The notes: generated by a model from the sequence alone, not told the origin. DNA of 64,000 nucleotides from Nemertoderma westbladi (GCA_032718475.1 JAUCBJ010000145.1:8991-72990), one strand, 5' to 3'. Counted from the first letter of the stretch, positions 39,766-53,837 are shown. Program-made: numbers and translations.

Positions 39766-40015
39766 AGTAAGGCCAGGGATTACGCACAAAGTCTGACGAC
39801 TTATTTCCAGTGCGGTCCCCCCAGAACTTTACTGCCCAGAGGAAGCTCCAGTACTCATTTAGCTATCACTTAAGGATGCAAGGCAGAGATGCGCCCTGGC
39901 TGGTCCCTTTAAAGCATTCGTGCCGAAACGAAAGCTGCACTGGCCCATGTGAGGATCGAACCCACGACCTACGGGAGATGTGAATTCAATGCAACCACTA
40001 CACCAAGGTGGAACC
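39766..40015 (-). mobile_element. tRNA-derived SINE
   Basis: Minus-strand A box TGGTGTAGTGG, B box GGTTCGATCC, followed by a non-tRNA body containing TAAATGAGTAC. Confidence 0.8.
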
Positions 40016-40524
40016 TATTAAAACATTATAACAATAATTATCATGATTTAATCATGATAAAGGTATTTTGCTATAGTCTCCCATATCTTCTCCTTCAATC
40101 CAATATCTTTATACGCAGGTAACTTCTTGTCATATAATACTCAATGTTGCTGTACCACCACTATAAATTTCTTTTTCTTTATCCATTTGTAATATTAACT
40201 CAGTGTAGCGGTCCAGCAACACACACACAGTCTAGCAACAAGACACTGCAGAACTACAAGACCTGCCCTGTAGTTTAATACACAACAACATATCATTTGC
40301 TCAGTACTGTATAATAATTAATCGTACATTTATATTATAAGAATGTACATATTACTATTTGATATTGGCTTTGACGCTTCCGCGTGGGTTGGGGCTCCCC
40401 TCAAAGACTTTAATGCTTTCTATAATTTTCAATAATAATAATCACTAATATAATAATTATATTATTTTTCATAATCTATCATCTTATTATATTTCATATA
40501 ATAAGTATTAATCACTTGAATTTA

Positions 40525-42560
40525 AACAAGTCTGCAGGACCCGATGGTCTTCGCAGTCGTGTACTGAAAGAACTACGTAGCAAGCGTCATTGCATACCCT
40601 CGTAAATGTATCTTCGAATTATCTTTCGAGTCAGGTGAAATCCCCCCTGATTGGCTAGAGGGAATCGTTTCCCCAATTCTCAAAAAACAACCAAAGTGCT
40701 TACCAGAGAACTATCGTCCAGTTTCATTAACATGCATCATCGTCAAAGTCCTCGAAAAGTTTATACGCAATCCCATTGTGTCACACTCTGAAGGTCACCA
40801 ATTGTTTGCGGATGCCCAACATGGTGGTGGATCATATAGGTCAACAGTAACCCAATTGTTAGAGGTATTTGATATATATTGATGTATATATTGATATATA
40901 TTGATGACCCTGAAGTTAAAGGTGCGGATGTCATTTACCTTGATCTTCGAAGGGCATTCGACACTGTCTGACTGTATCACACAGACTCCTAATGCACAAG
41001 CTACGGTACTGTATATGGTTATGGTGTACAGTAAGAGGTAAACTCGTGACATGGTTAAATAATTTCTTGACCAATAGAACACGTTCGTGGGGACTTCGCG
41101 CAGCACGTAGTCGGCAAGCCTTGGCATACGGTTCATATAGAGCAAATGGGGCATGTCTAGTTTGGACCCCATATCCCATGCTATAAATGTATTCATTCGA
41201 TATACAATCATATGTTAATCCGCTAGGTGGTGTCAAATTGTTATTCTGCAATTTCGTACTTACCAGTGCACCACTGTACAGCAGTACCGTACCGGTAGGC
41301 CTATGTCATTACTTCTGAGTCTCTAGCGGATCCCCAATTAAATGTCTTAACTTTTCAATTTCGTAAAAGATAGACTTCATGATTCTCTACAGGCCATCAA
41401 AATTTCAGCTCAGGAAAATGAGGCCTTCCCGAGAAATTTAACATTTTCTAAAAACCACATAATCTGTCGTAGCTGACGTCAGACTGCATGATTTTTCACC
41501 AAACTTTACAAACTTTCTAAACTTTCTCTCTACTACTTACCTACTAAGTTTGGTTCAATTCCGAACGAGCGATGCCGATAAATTCGCGTTCAAACATTTA
41601 CCAGACAGACAGACGGACAGACAGACAGACGGACAGACAGACGGACATGCCCCATTTGCCCTATATGAACCGTATGCAAAGGCTCGCCGACTACGTGTCT
41701 CGCCCCACACAACGTGTTCGTGTTGGAGATTCTAAGTGAGCCAGTAGTGGGGTCCCACAAGGAACAGTTACTGCAGCGATCCTCTTTCTCGCATTTGTCA
41801 ACGATGTTCCTGGTATATTGTTCCAATCGTTTGAACCCCCAAATCAACAGCGCAAAGTGTAAGGTGATGCACCTGGGGTATAGGAACAAATAATCTACTT
41901 ACTACTGTACATATATGAATGGCCAGCCACTGTCGACAGTTTCAGAAGAGAGGGACCTGCGGGCATCACTTTCACCTCCGATAGGTCATTTTCAACTCAC
42001 TGTTCCCAGACAGCAGCCCGTGCTATGCGTGTACAGTAGTTCACCTTATCCGACGAACTTTCACCTACTTGGAACCCTCCATGTTCACCATACTGTATAA
42101 GTCGCTTGTCCGCCCACTCCTGGAGTATGGTACTGTGGTTTGGTCTCCATTTCTTCAGCGCGACATTGATAATCTCGAGAAATTCCAACACAGAGCTAAT
42201 AGACTCATCCCATCCATACGAGATCTACCCTATGAGGACCGGCTGAAGTCGCTTAAGCTTCCCCCACTAATAAATCGTAGAATTCGTGCAGATCGGCAAT
42301 ACAAATTTATTCATGGAATCGACATTATAGATCGCTGTAACCTCTTTCAGTTTATTAGTGAACTACATAATTATAGAACACGTGGCTCATCGCTCGCTCT
42401 GTATAAACGATCCGGCTCTAGATCACTACGCAGGTGTACAGTAATAACTTTGCAGATCGCGTCGTGAATACATGGAACCTCCTTTCAGAGTCAGTAGTGA
42501 GTCAGCGCGGGACATAAACGGTATCTCTTGTCTGATATGTTTGAAACAAGACTTGGCAGT
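40525..42560 (+). pseudogene. Degenerate CR1-type LINE RT, interrupted by a HINE-like element
   Basis: KSAGPDG, NYRPVSLTCII, SGVPQG and LYKSLVRPLLEYG..VWSP motifs, with frameshifts. Confidence 0.9.
41082..41708 (+). mobile_element. HINE/DINE-like element nested in the CR1
   Basis: Splits RT codons N-R-T|Q-R-V-R-V-G; ~70-bp subterminal inverted repeats and (GACA)n. Confidence 0.8.
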
Positions 42561-43339
42561 GAAATGGCCACAAAATTAAATATTTTCAGTGATTCACCAG
42601 TGAGACAGGTAGCCATTGCGAATTCCACCCTCCAACGCTACTTATGTTAATTTAACTTCTGTATAACTAACTATGCATTGCTATGGTTTTTATTTATTTT
42701 ATTTAATTTACTTTGTATCCACTGTAACTATTGTTTGTGACTGTTGTTTGTGACGTGTACATATTTTTAATTTTATATTTAAAGATCCGTTTTTAGTTAT
42801 ATTTTTGCCCTAATTATGTGTTTTAAATTTAAATTATCCCCAAGTATATGGAATACCAAACTAATTATCGCCGCATTCAAGTATTATACTTTATATTGAA
42901 TATCTTTAAATACTGTACCTGTCATGTATAAATATGTGTTTCATCACTTCGGCACATCGCAGATCGCCCGAAACACGAGATGACAACTACAACTGGAATT
43001 CCAAACAAACCAACATTCTACTGGGACTCAGATTGCTTTTACCCATCGTTTGAACTTCTTCCATAGGCTAAACCATAAGTAAACACGGACACCGACCTCC
43101 GCTCGTAGGCATCGTTAACTCTGTGATTCGTGGACACTTTTGGAGACGCTATCCGAACTTTTACCATACATATGGACGTAGTTCCGGTTTACTGTGTTGT
43201 CCACATCCATGACGCTTGCCAGAAATTGATCACTCTTCTCCTCCTGGAGGTTGGACACTGGAAAATTAATCTGAATAATAATATAGATAAATAAATTAAA
43301 GATACAATAAATAAAGCATAATAAAGATGTAATAAAGAA

Positions 43340-44212
43340 TACAGTCTACCTTACCCAAACGCCACTCAAACGGCATTCTAACAAACGCAAACTCTACCCA
43401 AACGACAGTCTAACATACCCAAAATGGTACTGCTACCTTACCCAAACGCCACCCAAACGGCAGTCTACCTTACTCAAACGCTATATTACACAAAAGCCAC
43501 CCTACCCTACAAACGGCAGTCTACCTTACCAAAACGGCAGTGCTACCTTACCTAAACGCCACACAAACGGCAGTCCACCTTACCCAAACGCCACCCAAAC
43601 GGCAGTCTACCTTACTCAAACGCCACTCAAACGTCATTTTAACATACCCAACCGCCACCCAAACGGCATTCTAACATTTCCCAAACGCCACCCAAACGGC
43701 ATTCTAACATACCAAAACGCAACTCAAACGGCATTCTAACATACCCAAATGTCACCCAAACGACAGTCTACCTTACCCAAACGCCACCCAAACAGCATTC
43801 TAACATACCCAAACGCCACACAAACGCCATTCTAACAAGCCCAAACGCCACCCAAACGGAATTCTACTTTACCCAAACTCCACCCAAACGACAGCCTACC
43901 TTACCCAAACGGCATTCTAACATACCCAAACTCCATTCAAACGGCATTCTACCTTACCCAAACGCCACCCAAACGGCATTCAAACATACCCAAACGCCAA
44001 ACAAACGCCATTCTAACAAACCCAAACGCCACCCAAACGGAACTCTACCTTACCCAAACGACAGCCTACCTTACCCAAACGGCATTCTAACATACCCAAA
44101 CTCCATTCAAACGGCATTCTACCTTACCCTAAACGCCACTCAAACGGCATTCTACAGTCTTGTTCACAATTAAAATCCATTCTTCAATCTGCATCAATCC
44201 GAATCAATCTAC
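43340..44212. repeat. ~32-bp CCCAAACGCCACCCAAACGGCATTCTA(ACATA/CCTTA) minisatellite within a MITE-like element
   Basis: The same unit recurs at 45293-45485 and 47590-47700; the flank at 44155-44210 is the inverse of 45230-45295. Confidence 0.85.
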
Positions 44213-45485
44213 TCTCGTAGAAAAATAATAGTTAGATTGATGAAATTGAACCTACGTTCAACTTCTTCAATCCAGACTTTCTGTCTAGATTGATCAGATT
44301 TAACAGATTGAAAATGTAGAGCCGAAGTATCCCTCTGTGCAGAGATGCCATGGGTTAGTATAGGGCAGTGTAGGGCAGGGGAATAAAGAGCAGGGCGGCT
44401 AGGCGGGTAGACTAAGCTCAAAGAGCATGGCGGCTGCATCAAACAACTATAGGCCAGGCTACTAATGGGATCCCGCAAAGCCTTAGATTGATTGACAGGC
44501 ACTGTAACAATACAGTTGGTGTGTGTGTGGTGTTCTACTGAATTGCGGTAGGGTACTGTAGAATACTGTAGTTAAATTCCTCGTTTCCAGTTGCAGTCTA
44601 TACAATGTACTGTAGATTATTTTACTTGGCTAACCGCACTATTCCCTGCATTAAATATTACAATAAACGAATAAACCCCTGGAAAAATGCTTGGTAGAAT
44701 GTATCGTTCTGTATAAATATTTTTTCAATAAATAATTGTTTATAATTAAATATATTTATGTTAATTATTATTCAATTATTTAATTTAAATATACAAATAA
44801 AAGCATGCAAATAACACAACAAGGAATGAATAAATATAATCATAATCATTAGATCATTATAATGCAATCTCTTATATACAATATTTAATGTGCTGCATGT
44901 CCCTTAGATAGTTTATGTTTAGAAAAACCGTTCGTTATCGCTTTAGCCGCTTTAGATATTTTAAACGTTTTTATTTTTAAATAGTACATTTATTTGCTAT
45001 ACCATGTTAAATGTAATCAGTTAGTAAACATTTAATTTGTAATATACTGTAAATAATGCTTACTAAAATACATTTACTTTATTGGCTTGCAAGTGCCCCA
45101 TAATTTATCTGATCCCTGCATTAATCTACTCATTCAAATCAACAAACAGCTTTACTTTGTGGAGCCAACCACGACCGTCTGTCAATCACTCAGTAGGCTA
45201 GAAACTTGCGGTGCCATGAAAGAGTTTTACAGATTGAGGAAATTGAACAGATTGAACAGATTGAAGAATGGACTTTAATTGAGAACACAACTGTAACATA
45301 CCCAAACGCCACCCAAACGACATTCTACCTTACCCAAACGCCACCCAAACGTCATTCTAACATACCCAAACGCCACACAAACGCCATTCTAACAAACCCA
45401 AACGCCACCCAAACGGAATTCTACCTTACCCAAACGACATACCCAAACGGCATTCTAACATACTCAAAATCCATTCAAACGGCAT

Positions 45486-47589
45486 CCCTGCAAACAATGT
45501 ATGGTTAAAAAGCTGTTATTAAAATGTTATTTAATGACATAGATAACATTATTTCAAATTGTTAGATTAATGATAAAAAAACTGTAAATTGGCCAAGAAA
45601 TATGACGTTATATACTAACGTTATTATTTCGTTTTTAATAACATTAAAATAACAAAGCCAGGATGGTTACATATATCATTACTTTTATGTTATTCCTTAT
45701 CATTATTATTGTATTTTTATTGACATTAAAATAACAACGGCATAATGTTTATTTAGATCGTTACTTTTATGTTATTTCTTAACATAAAAATATTGTTTGC
45801 TAAAAACGTAACATTATACGTGCATTTAAGCCCTTCTAATTGGTTTTATGGTTGGTTCGCTTGCTCAAACTAATAATCCCCCTCCATTGCCGTTCTTTAT
45901 ATCGTTCTTTATAATTGCCAAAACCTTTATTGAATAATTAATTAATAATTTCCCTACGCATGTTGATATGGTAGTGGCAGGCTACAATCTCTAACACAGT
46001 TTGATTGAATACAATTTTGTTGTAGGAAATTGTATGCAAATTAATAACAATTAAAACGTTTAACATGAATTGAATTTTTTGTATAATGACCAGTCAGGAT
46101 CAAATAATGAAATAAACAGCAAAATCAAAGTAAAATATCACAGAATAAGTAAAACAAATATATGGCTGTATGGCCCATTACGTAAATGGTTTTGATATTT
46201 CGGTTAAATTTAATCACAGACTTAAAAAGAATATGTTTATGACGTAATAATAAGTGACAACAACGTAATGAATTGCATTGAGTTAATATTATTCACTAGA
46301 TTTATAGATCTGATTTGTAGTCTATATAAAATAATGTACAAATAGTGGGTTTAATAAATAATACCTCACAACAATGTTAAATTATTAAAAGGAGCAGTTT
46401 ACAGTTGGCTACAGAGGCACATTATTATATCATACGGGTAAATAAAAAAAACAGGTTACAGATTTATTTCTATGAGAGTAATCAGTACTTATTTGAATCG
46501 ATATCTCCCTGGAGAGGGATGATTTTGATTGCATCGCAAATCCACCCTATCTGAACATTATAGCTGAGTGAGCTTCATTTATTAAACTGTAAAAATAAAT
46601 CAATAGGCCTAGGCCCTACAAAAGTACAATCTAAAAACTGAAACAATAAATAGTTCGTAATAACAGTTAATGTGAAGTTTTCAAATCGAAACGAAAGTTT
46701 TGTAGTAATGTTGTCCCTGTGCCCTGCCCCTTCAACTGAAAACTGGGACCTCCCAATAATTAGAATTCCAATCTTTAGTCCTCGGCTGTTGAAATCCACC
46801 ATCAGTACAGACAAATAAGTCAATCCTCCACCTGTCAGTGCTGGTTTAAGGGGATTTCCTGGTCCTGGCAGACTTGAATTCTGTAATTGGTAGGTCTAAT
46901 GCAGTAATGTGTGAATCCAGAGGGTATACTGGTATAGGCGAACTCGCATTCAGGTAGATATGTTTAATTTATGAGTTCAGGTTAAATAAATCACAAAACC
47001 AAAACTATAAAACCAAAAATATAAGCTACTGTACAGTGCAGTAGGCCTGCAGTAACTACACTACAGCACTACTGTAATATAGATATAGGCCTTGCAGTAC
47101 AGCAGTATAACAATACATATACACAATAAACATTGAATACAGGCATGCCAGAATGAGTATTGTACAACATACCATACTGTATACCATTTACATGTGGAAA
47201 ATTCCTCCATTACCGCGAATTTTAAAATTAGCCAATCATCAATCTCAGATTAGATAATAGAAGTGACAGCGTCTATCGCATAATGTTTATTTTATGTGAC
47301 AAAATAACATTGTTCTGATATGTAACAAACCATGTTCTTAAAATGTTAGAACTAAACACTTATAAAACATTTTTGACTAATGTTTATGTTCTCACATTAA
47401 AATTACGTTTTTTTAACATCAACAGTTATCATTTATTTAATGTCTGACAAAGACATTATAGAGTAATGTTAAAATAACATATATTGAACATCTAAATATT
47501 CTATCAAACAAGGGAATAACATTTATCAACATTTATAACAAATTAATGATGTTTTTCTGACATTCCTTGAAAGTAAATTGTTTGCAGGG
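45486..47589. mobile_element. CMC/EnSpm-like non-autonomous element inserted into the minisatellite
   Basis: CCCTGCAAACAAT...ATTGTTTGCAGGG TIRs; 2-bp AT TSD splitting a GGCATTCTACC unit; ATAACATT subterminal repeats. Confidence 0.8.
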
Positions 47590-48226
47590 ATTCTACCTTA
47601 CCCAAACGCCACTCAAACGGCATTCTAACATACCCAAACGCCACTCAAACGGCATTCTACCTTACCCAAACTCCACTCAAAGTCTAACATACCCCCACAC
47701 GCCAAAAGTTTTTGCCTTTTCCAAAGCAATACCTAAACGTTATAACGTTTATTGTTTTGGTTAGAAAAGCCGGCCCACTCAGCCACTTACTGATGTAACC
47801 TGATCCTTCACTTTAATTATAAGAATCGGTAATAGGCTTGTCGGCAGTCGGTGTAACGTTTACAACCGCAATTGTGTTAACATTTCAGTGGCCGACAGTT
47901 TACAGTCGGACAGTAAGCTATTCTACATACCGGTAGTCTGGTAGTGGTACTGTTTTTGGTAGGCAGGTAGGTACAGAGGTACCGGTACTGGTTAATTTCA
48001 CCGTTTATCAACTGACTCACTGATTTAGGGTGATAGGGAGTACCGGTACCCTAATTGGCCAGGCTGCATATACAACCATCCGGCCATCTCCCCACATTCC
48101 CATCCACCCACGACCCACCTTCAGACCTTATCACAGTATCATCTTCCCACACAGCCACATGCGCCGCCCATCCACTGATCCAGGGCATCCAGCCACATTC
48201 CCATAAGTTCATCCACCCACTTTCCC

Positions 48227-48877
48227 GGGTAACAGACCGAACGTAATCAGGATCGAATGTAACATAGTTTTTATGAATCGAGCGTAACCTCAATTTGTTA
48301 CATTGGATCCTATAACTATGTTACCGGTACATTCGATCTACAAATGACTAAGCTCGAATGTAACATACATTTATCTGTTTATTTCAGTTTTGTTTTGATT
48401 TCAGTAGTTAACCTATGAAATGCTTCGTTTATTTACAGGAAGAATGAGTTTGGTGTTGGTGAGTACAAAACAAAGCACAAAGACCCAATTAAGTAACCTG
48501 CATAATCTTTTAACATGTGTTAACTTCCGTTTATTGTTTTGGTCCCCCCAACACGCTTCTGTAACCTGCTCCTTTCAGCCTTTGCATAAAAGTAACCTGT
48601 ATATCTTGTACAGTAACATATTTTAACTTTCGTTTATTGTTTTGGTTCCCCCAACACGCCTCTGTCTATCTGTAACCTGCTCCTTTAAATCTGTAAATGG
48701 CAATGTTACTTTCGGGCGTAGTCTGTTAGTACGGTACAGTAGTAATTTGTAGATCAAATGTAACATAGTTAATGTTATATCTATAGGATCCAATGTAACA
48801 TAATTGCGGTTACGTTCGAGGTTCGATACATAATAACTATGTTACATTCGATCCTGATTACGTTCGGTCATGTATCC
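48227..48877. mobile_element. MULE-type MITE, family A copy 2
   Basis: Collinear with 18318-18935; a short end fragment also occurs at ~49437. Confidence 0.9.
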
Positions 48878-50160
48878 CACATCCCGCCCGACCCACCCGC
48901 CCACCTTACTAACTGTCCGACTGACTGCTCAATAGATCACCCCCCCCCCCCCCCCAAAAAAAAAAAATAATAATAAAGGACTTCGCTCTGCACGGGCTGA
49001 CGGGAAAGTGCGAAAGTTCCCTATGATATTGAATGGGCCAAATTCCTTTCCATTTTCGCTGGGAAATGGAACCCTGTGAAACTTCACATGTGCTGGGCAG
49101 GCGCATTTACATACACTGATTACAAATACTGTACCGGTACGTCCGTGTTTTATCCTGAGTCACCATTTTGGTTTTATTGGCGTTATAAAACTCGAAACAT
49201 ACTGTATTCGTTTCGTACCTTGTTAATATACTGATATAAGTAGTATAAACTACCGGTAATAGTATAAACCACAGCGACAATACTACTGTACTAAGGCGGA
49301 ACTAGTGTCAGATCAGATGAGGACAGATGTTTTAGCCGTCCTACTTTAAAACGACTTTTAGTCGGAAAAAAAATACCCACCCCATATTTTTTATTCAATT
49401 TTTTTTAATCATGCAACAGTTCAGTATCAGTACAGTGGGTGACAGACCGAACGTAATGCTGCCCTGTGTGAATGGTACTGTCAGACTGAGGCACTGAGCT
49501 GATCTATGTAGCAATACTTCAATAAAAGTACATGTTACTGGCTGACTGGTACGGGCAGACGCGTATGACTACGAATAACATTTAATTATAAGGCTACACT
49601 GAGTACCAATACTGATTTACAAAACAATAGGAGATAGCACTGATAGGGTTAACCCTACACACCTAGTCACTCATCACTGTTCACTGACACAAATGAAATC
49701 AATCAATTCAGTAGGGGAGGTTGTATAACAGTATAAAATGAATACTAATACTACCGGTAAGAGAAAAACTAGATAATGTTGATTATAGTGCCTTAAAAAT
49801 TCAACTACTACTACTGACTACTGTCAGACTGTAGATCGTGTACATACTGCAGTACTGACATAGATTTACTTTGAATGATTTACTTAGTGTGCGCGTTTTT
49901 TCGGTGCAAGACTGCAAGCGCGGACGCGGTATATTGAATTAACCAACATTCTGCGTGTCTCACATTGATTTATTAAGCTAAGACTAACTAACTTCAGAAC
50001 TTTTGTTTGTGGGATTCTGGCAAATACATTTAGGCCTACCTGCAGACCTGTCTGCCTTTGATAATAATTTGAAGCTATTAATATAATATCAATAATTGAT
50101 ATACCGGTACTTAATAAGCAGAACCTATTATTAATTGGGAAGTTTGGTGGTTGATTAGTG

Positions 50161-51002
50161 ATGACTTCTCAACATCCTCATGGCATTCGTCAGTATGAAG
50201 TTGAACAAATATGGGGCGATCTTAAAACCGGTATCGACCATATATACCAAAAAGAAAATATGCTCCCAGCGAGGTACATGGAGTTGTACACCCATGTATA
50301 TAACTATTGCACCACTGTTACCTGCATAACTGGTAAATCGGGGGAAGATTCTGGCAAAGGTAGCAGGAGTTCAAGAAAAGGCCATCATCGCGGACATGTA
50401 AGTTTGCCGACCACGTCTGGTGTATCAGCTGGCGGGGGTGCTCAATTTGTAGGGCTGGAGTTGTATAAGAAACTACGTGATTACCTAAAAACCTACATCA
50501 ATAAGCTGCGTAATAGAGCACCGGTTACTCTAGCTGAATATGGTATACTTCAGTTTTATACAGAAACGTGGGAGGATTTCCGGTTCTCCTCAAAGGTTCT
50601 GAATGGGATCTGTCAGTATTTGAATCGTCACTGGGTCAAACGAGAATGCGATGAAGGGCGCAAAGGAATCTATGAAATATACAACCTTGCTTTGGTTACT
50701 TGGCGGGAGGTGCTCTTTAAACCACTGAATGCATCCGTAACCAAGTCTATTTTGCAGCTGATAGAACGGGAACGTCGTTCAGAGGCAGTCAATACCCGTC
50801 TCATACAGGGTGTTATTGAATCTTACGTTGAATTAGGGCTCAATGAGGATGATCCCTCCGCAAAGGGCCCAACACTTTCTGTTTATAAGGAGGCCTTTGA
50901 GAACGACTTCCTCATGGAGACGGAGACATACTACCGTATCGAAAGCTCAAACTTTCTTAAAATCAACTCAGTCACGGAATACATGAAGAAAGCGAAACAG
51001 AG
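50161..51002 (+). CDS. CUL1: Cullin-1, exon 1
   Basis: [48 protein letters not shown]; donor AG|gttaat at 51002/51003. Confidence 0.97.
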
Positions 51003-51125
51003 GTTAATATTTTACTCAGTTTAATACATACATATATATATATACATACATACATCTATACACTTCAGTAAATATTTACCGCCGCCAGATTTTTCCAAAA
51101 ACCAATAACTGCTTTTTGCCAGTGA

Positions 51126-53837
51126 ACTATTATTAGCGATTGAACCCATGACCTACTAGTAACGATTGAACCCATGTTCTATTTTTAGCGATTGAACCCA
51201 TGTTCTATTATTATCGATTGAACCCATGTTCTATTTTTAGCGATTGAACCCATGTTCTATTATTAGCGATTGAACCCATGAACTATTATTAGCGATTGAA
51301 CCCATGTTCTATTATTAGCGATTGAACCCATGTTCTATTATTAGCGATTGAACCCATGTTCTATTATTAGCGATTGAACACATGTTCTATTAATAGCGAT
51401 TGAACCCATGTTCTATTATTAACGATTGAACCCATGTTCTATTATTATCGATTGAACCCATGTTCTATTATTAGCGATTGAACTCATGTTCTTTTATTAG
51501 CGATTGAACTCATGTTCTATTATTAGCGATTGAACCCATGTTCTATTATTAGCGAGTGAACCCATGGTCTATTATTAGCGATTGAACCCATGAACTATTA
51601 TTAGCGATTGAACCCATGTTCTATTATTATCGATTGAACCCATGTTCTATTATTAGCGATTAAACCCATGTTCTATTATTAGCGATTGAACTCATGTTCT
51701 TTTATTAGCGATTGAACTCATGTTCTATTATTAGCGATTGAACCCATGTTCTATTATTAACGATTGAACCCATGTTCTATTATTATCGATTGAACCCATG
51801 TTCTATTATTAGCGATTGAACTCATGTTCTATTATTAGCGATTGAACCCATGTTCTATTATTAGCGATTGATCCCATGTTCTATTATTAGCGATTGAACA
51901 CATGTTCTATTATTAGCGATTGAACCCATGAACTATTATTAGCGATTGAACCCATGTTCTATTATTAGCGATTGAACCCATGAACTATTATTAGCGATTG
52001 AACCCATGTTCTATTATTAGCGATTGAACACATGTTCTATTATTAGCGATTGAACCCATGAACTATTATTAGCAATTGAACCCATGTTCTATTATTAGCG
52101 ATTGAACCCATGTTCTATTATTAGCGATTGATCCCATGTTCTATTATTAACGATTGAACCCATGTTCTATTATTAGCGATTGAACCCATGTTCTATTATT
52201 AGCGATTGAACCCATGTTCTATTATTAGCGATTGAACCCATGTTCTATTATTAGCGATTGAACCCATGTTCTATTATTAGCGATTGAACACATGTTCTAT
52301 TATTAGCGATTGAACCCATGAACTATTATTAGCAATTGAACCCATGTTCTATTATTAGCGATTGAACCCATGTTCTATTATTAGCGATTGATCCCATGTT
52401 CTATTATTAACGATTGAACCCATGTTCTATTATTAGCGATTGAACCCATGTTCTATTATTAGCGATTGAACCCATGTTCTATTATTAGCGATTGAACCCA
52501 TGTTCTATTATTAGCGATTGAACCCATGTTCTATTATTAACGATTGAACCCATGTTCTATTATTATCGATTGAACCCATGTTCTATCATTAGCGATTGAA
52601 CTCATGTTCTTTTATTAGCGATTGAACTCATGAACTATTATTAGCGATTGAACCCATGTTCTATTATTATCGATTGAACCCATGTTCTATTATTAGCGAT
52701 TAAACCCATGTTCTATTATTAGCGATTGAACCCATGCACTATTATTAGTGATTGAACCCATGATCTATTATTAGCGATTGAACCCATGAACTATTATTAG
52801 CGATTGAACCCATGACCTACTAGTAACGATTGAACCCATGTTCTATTTTTAGCGATTGAACCCATGTTCTATTATTAGCGATTGAACCCATGAACTATTA
52901 TTAGCGATTGAACCCATGTTCTATTATTAGCGATTGATCCCATGTTCTATTATTTGCGATTGAACACATGTTCTATTATTAGCGATTGAACCCATGTTCT
53001 ATTATTAGCGATTGAACCCATGTTCTATTATTCGCAATCGATCCCATGTTCTATTATTAGCGATTGAACACATGTTCTATTATTAGCGATTGAACCCATG
53101 TTATATTATTAGCGATTGATCCCATGTTCTATTATTAGCGATTGAACCCATGTTCTATTATTAGCGATTGAACCCATGTTCTATTATTATCGATTGAACC
53201 CATGTTATATTATTAGCGATTGAACCCATGTTCTATTATTAGCGATTGATCCCATGTTCTATTATTAGCGATTGAACCCATGAACTATTATTAGCGATTG
53301 AACCCATGAACTATTATTAGCGATTGAACACATGTTCTATTATTAGCGATTGAACCCATGTTCTATTATTATCGATTGAACCCATGTTCTATTATTATCG
53401 ATTGAACCCATGTTCTATTATTAGCGATTGAACCCATGTTCTATTATTAGCAATTGAACCCATGTTCTATTATTAGCGATTGAACCCATTTTCTATTATT
53501 AGCGATTGAACCCATGTTATATTATTAGCGATTGAACCCATGTTCTATTATTAGCGATTGAACCCATGATCTATTATTAGCGATTGAACCCATGTTCTAT
53601 TATTAGCGATTGAACCCATGTTCTATTATTAGCGATTGAACCCATGAACTATTATTAGCGATTGAACCCATGTTCTATTATTAGCGATTGAACCCATGAA
53701 CTATTATTAGCGATTCAACCCATGAACTATTATTAGCGATTGAACCCCTGTTCTATTATTAGCGATTGAACCCATGTTCTATTATTAGCGATTGAACCCA
53801 TGTTCTATTATTGGCGATTGAACCCATGAACTATTAT
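51126..53837. repeat. 26-bp satellite ATTATTAGCGATTGAACCCATGTTCT, ~104 copies, in the CUL1 intron
   Basis: Tandem units visible. Confidence 0.98.

Noticed and set aside
39940-40015. tRNA gene
   Set aside because: A and B boxes are present, but there is no complete cloverleaf and it continues into a SINE body.
51126-53837. CRISPR array
   Set aside because: No spacers; it is an intronic satellite.
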